This document shows positions 11,401 to 19,989 of a DNA stretch of 64,000 bases, in pieces. A model generated the notes under the pieces. That model was not told the origin of the DNA, ran no database searches, and was given only the letters and a program-made list of their open reading frames with translations. This DNA comes from an uncultured cyanobacterium. Lineage in GTDB: Bacteria; Cyanobacteriota; Cyanobacteriia; PCC-9006; JAAUQQ01. The translations under genes were made by a program, and so were the position numbers. The stretch is taken from NCBI GenBank assembly GCA_963718615.1, contig OY970368.1:2880001-2944000 (forward strand), given 5' to 3'. Every line of letters begins with the position of its first letter. The first letter of the stretch is position 1.

Positions 11401-11536
11401 TCATCTATAAAAATGGTCTTTAAGTGTGAGTGAATTGATCGATTGACATCGGCTATTCTACGCCCAACAAAATCGATCTGTTCTTTCTTTTTCTGCCATT
11501 CTATAAAATTTCTTTTGCTCCTGATGAAAAAATCCC
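8481..11536 (-). pseudogene. FtsK/SpoIIIE-family (EssC/EccC-like) ATPase, 5'-truncated by IS1
   Basis: Walker A GKPGAGKS, LYLLDFKEG, Walker B VVIDEFQ, GRAFGVHMLLASQ, flanked by two degenerate ATPase-like domains. The frame stays open ~130 codons upstream of 11141 with no ATG/GTG/TTG, up to the IS1 end at 11537. Confidence 0.8.
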
Positions 11537-11612
11537 GGTAGTGCCTTTAGCTGGGGGATGAGTATGGTGTGGCCATTAGAGAAAGAAAAAGCAAACTGGG
11601 TAAGACCCTTCT

Positions 11613-11936
11613 GTGCCAATTGCGATGACTCAAGAGCTGCTTCATTGTCCTAACTGTCTATCTGAAGATATCAGCCGTAACGGCTTCAACGATCGCGGTA
11701 CTCAAAGCTATAAATGTCGAGATTGCCATCGCCGGTTTGTCCTGACTCCGAAATCCCTTCCCTTGAGCGATGAAGAGATAGCCTTGCTCGAACGTTTATT
11801 GCTTGAAAGGCTAGCCATCGCTGGAATTGCTCGGGTGATGCAGCGCTCCGAGAGCTGCATTCAGACCTACGTCAACGCCAAAGCTAAAACCGTTGCTCGG
11901 GAGGTGGAAGTGACGAAGAAAGTAAAAAAGCTCTGA
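11613..11936 (+). CDS. insA: IS1 InsA (Zn-ribbon + HTH)
   Basis: CPNC..YKCRDCHRRF, IAGIARV HTH; ends at slippery A6G. Confidence 0.85.
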   Translation: MPIAMTQELLHCPNCLSEDISRNGFNDRGTQSYKCRDCHRRFVLTPKSLPLSDEEIALLERLLLERLAIAGIARVMQRSESCIQTYVNAKAKTVAREVEVTKKVKKL

Positions 11937-11944
11937 CGGTCCAG

Positions 11945-12385
11945 ATGGACGAACTCTGGTCGTTCGTGGACCATAAAGGAAATAAACAGTGGGTTTGGAT
12001 TGCTCTAGATGCGGACACTCGCGAAATCATTGGCCTTTATATCGGGGACCGAAGTGCTAAATCTGCCGAAGCTTTATGGCGGTCTCTACCGGGAGTGTAC
12101 CGCCAATGTGCAGTCATCTACACCGATTATTGGGAGAGCTATGCCTGTGTGCTTCCTAGCCAACGCCACCGAGCGGTTGGGAAAGAAAGCGGGCTGACGA
12201 GCTACATCGAGAGGTTCAACTGCACCCTGCGGCAAAGGGTGTCGCGCTTGGTCCGAAAGGCGCTCTCGTTTTCAAAGAAACAAGAGAACCACGAGGCTGC
12301 GATCTGGAATTTCGTTCACCATTACAACCAGCAATTGCGCCTTAAGCAGGCTCATACCGCTTCATTCTCTCCAGCACCCACATAA
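11945..12385 (+). CDS. insB: IS1 InsB DDE domain, fused to InsA by -1 frameshift
   Basis: DELWSFV, YTDYWESY, IERFNCTLRQR. Confidence 0.9.
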   Translation: MDELWSFVDHKGNKQWVWIALDADTREIIGLYIGDRSAKSAEALWRSLPGVYRQCAVIYTDYWESYACVLPSQRHRAVGKESGLTSYIERFNCTLRQRVSRLVRKALSFSKKQENHEAAIWNFVHHYNQQLRLKQAHTASFSPAPT

Positions 12386-12395
12386 TTGGACTACC

Positions 12396-12966
12396 GATTC
12401 ACGACCAGTTGCGAGAAGAGCTACGACAGCTGGATGGACGAGAGCCTCAATCAAGCGTAGCGATTGCCGATTCTCAATCCGTCAAAACGACGGAAAAAAG
12501 GGGGTGGTCTACGGCTTCGATGGGGGCAAGCTTGTCAAGGGTCGCAAACGTCATATCCTCGTTGATTCCCAAGGATTGCTCATCGGGCTGCTTGTGAGTG
12601 AGGGGAATGCATCCGAGCGCCTTGGAGCGATTATTGTTGCTTACCAAGCGCGGGAGAAGCTGACTCGTACCAAGATTGTTTGGGCTGACCAAGGCTATAC
12701 AGGGGAGAAATTTGCTGAGGCTATCAAGCAGATTTGTGGAGCGACGGTAGAGATAGTCAAGCGCACCTCGAAGGAGTTTGAGCAACTCCCTCATCGTTGG
12801 ATTGTAGAGAGGAGTTTTGGGTGGCTCAATCGCTATCGTCGGATGAGCAAAGACTATGAATTACATACGGAATTTAGTGAGGGCATGATCTACGGCGCTT
12901 TCATCCGCTTGATGTTGCGTCGCTTTGATAATTCCGCATCTTAAGCTTTTACTTATAAATTAGCTC
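12396..12966 (+). mobile_element. IS5-family (IS1031-like) element, left part deleted
   Basis: Begins mid-transposase (IHDQLREE..DSQSVKTTEK), A6G5 frameshift, GRKRHILVD, WADQGY, RWIVERSFGWL. Right end ACTTATAAATTAGCTC followed by TAA. Confidence 0.8.
12504..12944 (+). pseudogene. IS5-family transposase C-terminal ORF
   Basis: DDE motifs as above; the upstream ORF lacks its 5' end. Confidence 0.8.
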
Positions 12967-13235
12967 TAATTCCATTCCCTGAAAATGCCACAAAACCGCG
13001 TTCTGGCGATCGCTCGGAAAACACAGTTTTATGGCGAATTGACAACCTATTCAAAGCAAGCGAATGGCCGAAAATCGCATCCATTTGCAATATCAATGCA
13101 ATCCATTTAGAAAGGTCAAGGACTTGGCCCAAGCTTAACCGGTAACTTGACCCACAACTTGACCCACAATCTATCGGTAATTTGGCCCAGGACTAGCCAC
13201 AATGGCTGAGCTGCAACAGTCGTTTTGGTATCGCA

Positions 13236-13739
13236 TCATGCATCGTATTTCGCCACCCGCAACCAGGCATCCTGGGCCGCCGGACGCACATCATCCCAAC
13301 CCATAGAGCGCTTACCATAGCGTGTTTCATAATTGCTGCGTAAATGAGGCTCGGCTTCCTCATAGGTCAGGCCCTGGGGGGCATAGGTCGAATAACCTTC
13401 ATACCCGGTACGGTAGGCCGGAGAATAGTCGTCATAGGTCTGCCCTTTTTTGTAGTAGGGGCGCGACGTATAGGTCTCTTTCCAGTGGGCTTCTTCTACC
13501 GTGGGGTCAACTTTTTCCGCAACCCCTTTACCGGCAAGGCCCCCGGCAACCCCGCCAACCACTGCCCCTACGACAGCGCCGACCGGGCCTCCTACCGCAC
13601 CCCCGATGACAGTTGCCGCAGCGCCCACTCCAGCGGCTCCAACCCCTGTGCCAACGGGATGAGCCCCATGCTCTTGAGTAATCGGATCTTCGTTGTAATC
13701 GACTTCTTCCCGAACAATTTTCTTATGCTGGTCTGCCAT
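13236..13739 (-). CDS. Hypothetical protein with glycine zipper
   Basis: HPVGTGVGAAG..GGVAGGLAGKG followed by Tyr-rich domain ending AAQDAW. Confidence 0.75.
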   Translation of the reverse strand: MADQHKKIVREEVDYNEDPITQEHGAHPVGTGVGAAGVGAAATVIGGAVGGPVGAVVGAVVGGVAGGLAGKGVAEKVDPTVEEAHWKETYTSRPYYKKGQTYDDYSPAYRTGYEGYSTYAPQGLTYEEAEPHLRSNYETRYGKRSMGWDDVRPAAQDAWLRVAKYDA

Positions 13740-13840
13740 TAAATCTGACCTCTAAGTTCTTCTTTCTAACCGTAACTAACACGACTTAGATTCAACTCCT
13801 CTATAGGGCTGACCCGATCTCGCTCGAAAGAAACAATTGA

Positions 13841-15466
13841 GTGGCAAACAAGCACAATTTACGCGGATGCCCAGATGGAGCGTTAGAATCTCTCTCTATG
13901 TGGTGTTCTGTGAAACAGGGGTTTTTCCGATTGTCTGTTCAGTCTTCTACTCAACCGGCATTGTCTTTGCTCGGCTCAACTCAGCTTGCCTCGTCCCAGC
14001 GAACTCATCGCTCCCTACGACGTAGCCTCGCTCTAGCCCTGGGGATAAGCCTGGGTTTGCCCTCCCTAACGCCTCCCCCAGCCCAAGCGCAATTGGGGAT
14101 GAGCTGTAGCATTGCCGCCAACGAAGTCAATGAAAAAAGCGATCTGCTGCGGGCAGCGGTGGGGGGCGATCGCAAATCCCAACGGCGCTACGAAGAACAG
14201 CTCAAAAAACATCGTGACTTTCTCCAGGACTGTCGCCGCAAAAACTGGCCTAAGAATCAAGCGGTTTGGCTGCGGCTTTATCCCTGCGATGTCAAACCGG
14301 GCGTCTTAGAGCAAGTGCTCGACCAGGCCGTCAACATGGGCTACAACCAGGTCTATGTCGAAGTGTTCTACGATGGCCGGGTGCTCCTGCCCCAAAGCGA
14401 AAACCGCACCGCTTGGCCTTCGGTGCTCAATACGCCTGACCAAGCCAATACCGATCTGTTTGCTCAATCCTTGACCAAGGGACGAGAGCGTGGCCTCCAA
14501 ATTTACGCTTGGATGTACACCATGAACTTTGGCCATTCCTATGGCCAGCGCAATGATCGACGCCTTACCCTTGCTCGCAATGGTCGTGGACAGAGCAGCC
14601 GGGAGATCATCCCCAATACCACCCAAACCTTTATCGATCCGTACAATCCCTTGGCGATCAAGGACTACTACGATCTGGTCCAGGCGGTGGTGAAGCGGCG
14701 TCCCGATGGCGTGTTATTTGACTATATTCGCTATCCTCGGGGCTCGGGAGCTGACTCTGCCGTCGGGATTGTCAAGGATTTATTGGTTTATTCTCCTGCT
14801 TCCCGTCAGGCCTTGATCGACCGCGCCACCAACCGCAAGGGCCGGGAGCTGATTAGCCGTTTTCTCAGCCAAGGCTTTCTCTCCGATAGCGATATAAAAG
14901 CGATCAATCAGCAATATCCCCTCGAAGGGGAGCCTCAGTGGCAGGGGCGCATTCCCAGCACTAATAAAAACGATTCGCTCAAAATCCAGCAAGTTCAGCT
15001 TCAGCAGGAGCTTTGGCTTCTGAGTGTGGCCCATGCCTATCAAGGGGTTGTCGATTTTCTCAATATGGCGGCGCGGCCTGTCCGGCAGGCCGGTATTGCA
15101 GCCGGTGCTGTCTTTTTCCCCGGCGGTAACCAAACCGTTGGGCGGCAGGGCTTTGATTCCCGCATGCAACCCTGGGACCGCTTTGCAGACTGGATCGAAC
15201 GACATCCCATGGCCTATTCCACCTGTGGGGATAGCCGCTGTATTGTCGAGGAGATCCAAACGGTGGTACAAAAGTCAGGCTTCAGCATTCCGGTACAGCC
15301 CGCTCTGGCTGGGGCCTGGGGCCGCTCTGAAGGCAATCGTCCTTCCTTGGAACAACAAATGGCCGATCTGCGACAGTTCTCAAACCGGATTGATACGGTG
15401 AGTCACTTTGCCTATTCTTGGCAGCAGCCACAGAACGATACCAATCGTAAGTTCTGTCGCATTTGA
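13841..15466 (+). CDS. Glycosyl hydrolase-like 10 (GHL10) family exported protein
   Basis: WLRLYPCD, YNQVYVEVFYDG, PDGVLFDYIRYP; signal peptide ending AQA, so the real start is probably downstream of 13841. Confidence 0.75.
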   Translation: MANKHNLRGCPDGALESLSMWCSVKQGFFRLSVQSSTQPALSLLGSTQLASSQRTHRSLRRSLALALGISLGLPSLTPPPAQAQLGMSCSIAANEVNEKSDLLRAAVGGDRKSQRRYEEQLKKHRDFLQDCRRKNWPKNQAVWLRLYPCDVKPGVLEQVLDQAVNMGYNQVYVEVFYDGRVLLPQSENRTAWPSVLNTPDQANTDLFAQSLTKGRERGLQIYAWMYTMNFGHSYGQRNDRRLTLARNGRGQSSREIIPNTTQTFIDPYNPLAIKDYYDLVQAVVKRRPDGVLFDYIRYPRGSGADSAVGIVKDLLVYSPASRQALIDRATNRKGRELISRFLSQGFLSDSDIKAINQQYPLEGEPQWQGRIPSTNKNDSLKIQQVQLQQELWLLSVAHAYQGVVDFLNMAARPVRQAGIAAGAVFFPGGNQTVGRQGFDSRMQPWDRFADWIERHPMAYSTCGDSRCIVEEIQTVVQKSGFSIPVQPALAGAWGRSEGNRPSLEQQMADLRQFSNRIDTVSHFAYSWQQPQNDTNRKFCRI

Positions 15467-15506
15467 TTTTGTCGCCTTTAAAACGAGGATAAACCCATCA
15501 GATTGC

Positions 15507-15968
15507 TCAGTCCAAGTTCCTGGGACTGCGGACAATCCAATAGCTAACGGATAGGGTCAAAACTGCTACTCCGAGACCTAGCAGTTGCGACCCATCAACC
15601 TTTTCCAGATCCAATAAAATAATTTTTCGGGCCACTGCCGTCAGCGAGGTGACAACCACCAGCTCTAGCTGGACAGAGTGCTGGCGTAAATAGGCGGTGA
15701 TATTTTGCAGCAGTTCTAAGGCGATCAAAATCGTTAAAAACAGCCCAAAAATCTCCAACAGCGTGGAGTTGAGAAACGGTCGAGCGGTCGTGAGCACATC
15801 TTGCACGAGCACGATCCCTAAGTCCCGTACGGAGATCAAAATGACCCCAATCATGGCCAGCGCCAAGACCTTGGCAATCAGACTCTCAAAGGTTCCCACC
15901 ACCTGACGAAAGCCTGCATCGCTAGCCGCATAGCTAAGAAATCGCACGAGTTTTTGCAGCACATCCAT
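15507..15968 (-). CDS. PsiE-family membrane protein
   Basis: Four TM helices, LIALELLQNITAYL, TSLTAVARKIILLD. Confidence 0.85.
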   Translation of the reverse strand: MDVLQKLVRFLSYAASDAGFRQVVGTFESLIAKVLALAMIGVILISVRDLGIVLVQDVLTTARPFLNSTLLEIFGLFLTILIALELLQNITAYLRQHSVQLELVVVTSLTAVARKIILLDLEKVDGSQLLGLGVAVLTLSVSYWIVRSPRNLD

Positions 15969-16221
15969 GACCTTATTCCCTTCACCTCACCCCGGCGCAT
16001 AACCATTGAAAACCTCAAGGGAATTAATTGAATACCATTGAGATAAGTCAGGTATGCGATCGCTAGTCTAAGGCATTTCCCCAACCCCTAGACCCCTTAC
16101 TCAGAGATTCCATGGCAAACCTTACTTCGAACTGTCCGGGAATTCCCAGAATCTACGGAATAACTCAAACGTAGAGGCACTTCATTGTCCCTTATCTCCG
16201 GCGCTCATTTTTTCCAAAGAC

Positions 16222-17493
16222 ATGCAAGAGGTTCGCTCATCTCTTGGGTCTTCTACCCAAGCCATTCATCCCGAGATTCTTGAAGCTGTGGTGGAGCAGC
16301 GGCTGGATGGGCAGCAAATCTTGGCCCAAGTCCAGGTGGATCGTCAAGCGGCCCATCTCAATCTTCAGGCTCAGGTTTGTCCAGATCCGCTCCTGATGAT
16401 GACCCATCTGGGACAGGATTTGGCGAAGCTACCGGGCGATCGCCTCCAGCGGGTGAGTTTCTGTGGCTATGGCCCGGACAGCTCAAAACCCACTTGGATT
16501 GGGTTTATGAATGTTCAAGCGTTTGCGGACCCTGCGCCATTGATGCCTGCGATCGCCCCCCATACGGTGACCTCCCTGAGCGACTTCATCACCGAGCAGA
16601 GTAGCTGGTTTACCCAGGCCGTAAAGCAAAATCCTCGGCTTCATCGCTTTGCCAAAACCAGTCAGCAGGCACGCATCCTCGAAATGGCCAAGCTGCTCAA
16701 CCGCTGCCTTTCGCCGAAGGAGCAGCTTTTGGACATTTTCCCAGTGCGTTATCAGCGTCGGACCTGTAGCCTTGTCCTGACTGATCAACGGTTGCTGTGT
16801 GCTGGACCCACTTCGCTCTTAGGCCGCCCCTCCATGCAGGGGTTGGCCCTGCTGTGGGAGGAGCTAAAGCGAGTCGAGTTGGCCCCGAATGGTCTGCGGC
16901 TACACTGCCGGACGACCGTCCACGATCTCTATTTCAGCGTGGAAGACCTGGATAGCCTCGAAATTATTTTGGCCTATTTCCTCCCGGTCCAGCGCCGGGA
17001 AACGCTGGAAGAGGCTCAAGCTAAACCCTCCCTCTCCCAACGGCGAGTGGCCGGGGCCGGATTGGTCGCGTCGCTCTTGATCGGCCTGGGGTGGACAACC
17101 CTAGGGGTGTCGGAGTTCTTTGCTCAGCATACGTCTCCCCCTGGCAATCCGCTGCTCCAGACCAGTTTGAGACAAGACGCAGCGGTCACGGGGCTGTTGG
17201 AAACCTCGGTATCGGCCAATGATTCGGCGTCGGCGTCAGCGGTGTCGCCGAGCCAGCGCTGTTTGGAGCAATTTAACCAGGCGATCGCCCCCGCAGGCTA
17301 CGCGGCCCTAAATCGGGCGACCCGAACCCTGTTGCTCCATCTGGAACGGTATGGCGGGACCTACAGGAATGGATTGGAATTTGATGCGCTGGCCAACGCT
17401 CTTGCGGGCGAAGTTTTTCTCTATTGCGATCGCCTTTGGGTCGAGGCCGTTCGAGTTGAAGATGGGCGCTACAGTCTTTTGAAGCAGCGTTAG
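16222..17493 (+). CDS. Membrane protein with bacterial PH-like domain
   Basis: LSPKEQLL..LVLTDQRLL bPH-type motif, single TM near aa 280-295. Confidence 0.55.
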   Translation: MQEVRSSLGSSTQAIHPEILEAVVEQRLDGQQILAQVQVDRQAAHLNLQAQVCPDPLLMMTHLGQDLAKLPGDRLQRVSFCGYGPDSSKPTWIGFMNVQAFADPAPLMPAIAPHTVTSLSDFITEQSSWFTQAVKQNPRLHRFAKTSQQARILEMAKLLNRCLSPKEQLLDIFPVRYQRRTCSLVLTDQRLLCAGPTSLLGRPSMQGLALLWEELKRVELAPNGLRLHCRTTVHDLYFSVEDLDSLEIILAYFLPVQRRETLEEAQAKPSLSQRRVAGAGLVASLLIGLGWTTLGVSEFFAQHTSPPGNPLLQTSLRQDAAVTGLLETSVSANDSASASAVSPSQRCLEQFNQAIAPAGYAALNRATRTLLLHLERYGGTYRNGLEFDALANALAGEVFLYCDRLWVEAVRVEDGRYSLLKQR

Positions 17494-17615
17494 CTAAAGA
17501 TACCAATCAGAAAATCTCATCAAAAAGTTAAATCCTAAACAAAACGATACAAAGTAAATGGGGTATAACAAAAAATACAACGCCTAAACCACAAGGCATC
17601 ACTTAGGGGAAAACG

Positions 17616-18530
17616 ATGGTATTCGCTGCACCGAGAACCTCCCAACGCTGGGAAGCTCAGGCTGAGTTTCAGGACTACATGTCGGCGGTGAATCCGGTTA
17701 TGCCGGAAATTGGGGTTGAGGTCTTTCCGCAGACGCTCTACGCTGCCGGTGAAAGTCGGGTTATTCCGCTCGATCTCTCGGGGGCCTTACAGACGCCCTA
17801 TCCCTGCACCAGTCCGAATCTGTTGGCGAGCTTTGTACGCATTAATGCCGGGGAGTCAGTGGCCTTAGCAACCCCTGCGACTTCGCATATGTTCTACGTT
17901 ATTCGTGGACGGGGGGAGACCCACAGCGAGTTTGGGGCGATCGCCTGGAAAACCGGGGATCTCCTGACCCTGCCAGGGGTAGGCCAAATTCGCCATTGCG
18001 CTAGCGAAGATGCGGCGCTGTACTGGGTGTGCGATTCACCCCTGTTGCAATACCTCGGCGTCACCCCCACCAAAACTCGATTTGAGCCCGTGCTGTATAG
18101 CCGAGAGCGGCTGGATGCAGCATTGCAGGTTGCGCGGCAAGAACATGGTCAGGCCAACCGCAGCGGGGTTTTGCTGTCTAATCCCCATTTTCCCCAGACG
18201 AGGACGCTAACCCATACGCTCTGGTCGCTCTACAACGCCTTGCCCGCTGGCCTAACCCAAAAACCCCATCGCCACAATTCCGTTGCCTTGGATTATTGCG
18301 TGGCGGCGGGACCGGATACCTACACGCTGATCGGCAGGGAACTGGATGACAACGGGCAGATCATCGACCCGATTAAAGCCCCTTGGATTCCGGGCTGTCT
18401 GTTTGTCACCCCCCCTGGTTACTGGCATTCCCATCACAACGAGTCGGAAACCGATGCCATCGTCTTGCCTATCCAGGATGCGGGATTGCTGACCCATATG
18501 CAGGTGCTGGATTTTCAGTTTGTGAACTAG
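17616..18530 (+). CDS. Bicupin (gentisate 1,2-dioxygenase-like)
   Basis: MFYVIRGRG, GDLLTLP, PHRHNS, TPPGYWHSHHN. Confidence 0.8.
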   Translation: MVFAAPRTSQRWEAQAEFQDYMSAVNPVMPEIGVEVFPQTLYAAGESRVIPLDLSGALQTPYPCTSPNLLASFVRINAGESVALATPATSHMFYVIRGRGETHSEFGAIAWKTGDLLTLPGVGQIRHCASEDAALYWVCDSPLLQYLGVTPTKTRFEPVLYSRERLDAALQVARQEHGQANRSGVLLSNPHFPQTRTLTHTLWSLYNALPAGLTQKPHRHNSVALDYCVAAGPDTYTLIGRELDDNGQIIDPIKAPWIPGCLFVTPPGYWHSHHNESETDAIVLPIQDAGLLTHMQVLDFQFVN

Positions 18531-18545
18531 CTGGGAGAATGTGAG

Positions 18546-19853
18546 CTAGCTGGGAGATAAATCTTCCAAATCTGGACTACTGGGATTCTGGCGATCGAGC
18601 CCAAGGGCCTGCTCTAGGGCTCGCTTGACCTGAGCCCGTTGCAAGTAGGGTTCCAGCCTCTCATGGCTGATGCCTGTCAGCAAACTGAGATTCTCCGCGC
18701 TCATCCCCCGCATAAGCATTTCCACCCGCCAGGTGTCCTGGGCTCGTTCAGGTCCGGGAGCGGCCCGACCGGGGACCAAGAGTTCGGCAGTACAGCGTTG
18801 CCAACGATCTGCGAGCTCAGCCGCTGTGGTGGGAGCCCCCTGAACATTGAGAAAGATGGCGGCTTCGTGATCCTTGCGAGTTTTGAGCCATTGGGTCAGG
18901 GGATTTTTGAGATAGGAGCCGTAGCGCTTGCCCAAAATCCACTGGTTGACGGGCACCATGCGGGTGAGATTGGGAGGAACTTGGATGAGGTGCTGGGTGC
19001 GATCGCAAATCTGGTGATACCGCTCAAGCTGGGCAATCTCTTCCAGTGAAAGTCCCGCCGCAAACATCACATAGACCAGCGCATAATCCTGCGGCCCTTG
19101 GGCGCGAGCGGCTTTGAGAATATCGTGAACCAGCGGTTGAGGAAGTTCAATCCCTCGGGAAGCCAAGCTCGGTTCCAATGTAAGCGTTTCCCCTCCAACA
19201 AAATCGCAGGGACGGGGGCTGCCACTGGTGCTGTTACTAGTGCTACTGCTATCGTGCTGGACACCCCCATAGAGAAAGAGTGCGACCAAACAATTCAAAA
19301 AGTCCTGGCGATCGTCCCAAAGCTGGTGAAATTCGCTGGTAAATTCCAGCACGGCATAGCCCAAGAGCAAACTGTTGAGAAAACTGGAGAGCTTTTCCAC
19401 CGGTAGCCGTGTTTTGAACTGACCTCGCAACATCACGGCCTCCAAATACTGGGCCACTAGGCGGTTGGCCTGGGTCAGCTCGCGCCCGAGGGACTGGCGA
19501 TTTTCCGGTGGGTACTGGCCCGATTCGCCTACGAGCGATCGCACAAATTCTGGCATAGCCTCAAGGGCATGAAGACGGCCATCGGCGTAGTCCCGCAAGG
19601 CCTGCTCTAAGCTACTGACCTGGGCTGCTTCCTGGGCCAAGGCACGGGCAAGTCCTGTAAACACCTCGGTTTCTTCGAGTGCGGAGAGCAACAGACCATG
19701 CTTGTTGCCAAATTGACGAAACAAGGTAACCTCATTGACCCCTGCACGCTCCGCAATTTGTCGAGTGGTCGTATCTGTAATGCCTTGGGATGCAAAAAGG
19801 TCTAAGGCTGCATCAATCAGTTTTTGGCGGGAAGGAGAACGTTTGGCTGCCAT
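18546..19853 (-). CDS. TetR-family regulator with C-terminal tyrosine-recombinase-like domain
   Basis: TTTRQIAERAGVNEVTLFRQFGNK HTH; C-terminal DYALVYVMFAAGLSLEEI and DTWRVEMLMRGM boxes. Confidence 0.85.
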   Translation of the reverse strand: MAAKRSPSRQKLIDAALDLFASQGITDTTTRQIAERAGVNEVTLFRQFGNKHGLLLSALEETEVFTGLARALAQEAAQVSSLEQALRDYADGRLHALEAMPEFVRSLVGESGQYPPENRQSLGRELTQANRLVAQYLEAVMLRGQFKTRLPVEKLSSFLNSLLLGYAVLEFTSEFHQLWDDRQDFLNCLVALFLYGGVQHDSSSTSNSTSGSPRPCDFVGGETLTLEPSLASRGIELPQPLVHDILKAARAQGPQDYALVYVMFAAGLSLEEIAQLERYHQICDRTQHLIQVPPNLTRMVPVNQWILGKRYGSYLKNPLTQWLKTRKDHEAAIFLNVQGAPTTAAELADRWQRCTAELLVPGRAAPGPERAQDTWRVEMLMRGMSAENLSLLTGISHERLEPYLQRAQVKRALEQALGLDRQNPSSPDLEDLSPS

Positions 19854-19873
19854 GAAGTCCTAAAACAAAGGGC

Positions 19874-19958
19874 GCAAGCGCTGCTTGCCGATCAGCAAGT
19901 GCTACTTGCATTTTTGAAACTTGCTTGTTAAGCTTGAAGGAATGTAAGTGACACTTGC
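19874..19958. promoter_or_regulatory. Three palindromic operator-like sites GYAAGY-N3-RCTTGC
   Basis: GCAAGCGCTGCTTGC 19874-88, GCAAGTGCTACTTGC 19895-909, GTAAGTGACACTTGC 19944-58, in the divergent tetR/desC gap. Confidence 0.7.
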
Positions 19959-19989
19959 ATCTACTGTAGCAAGTAATAAAGGATTTTTC

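Larger units (their letters stand above)
11537..12395 (+). mobile_element. IS1-family insertion sequence
   Basis: Imperfect terminal IRs GGTAGTGCCTTTAG / GGTAGTCCAATTAT (rc); insA and insB ORFs; no target duplication. Confidence 0.85.

Noticed and set aside
18546-19200. Active integrase marking a genomic island
   Set aside because: Catalytic Arg and His residues are missing, the domain is fused to TetR, and flanking genes are host-like with HIP1 sites
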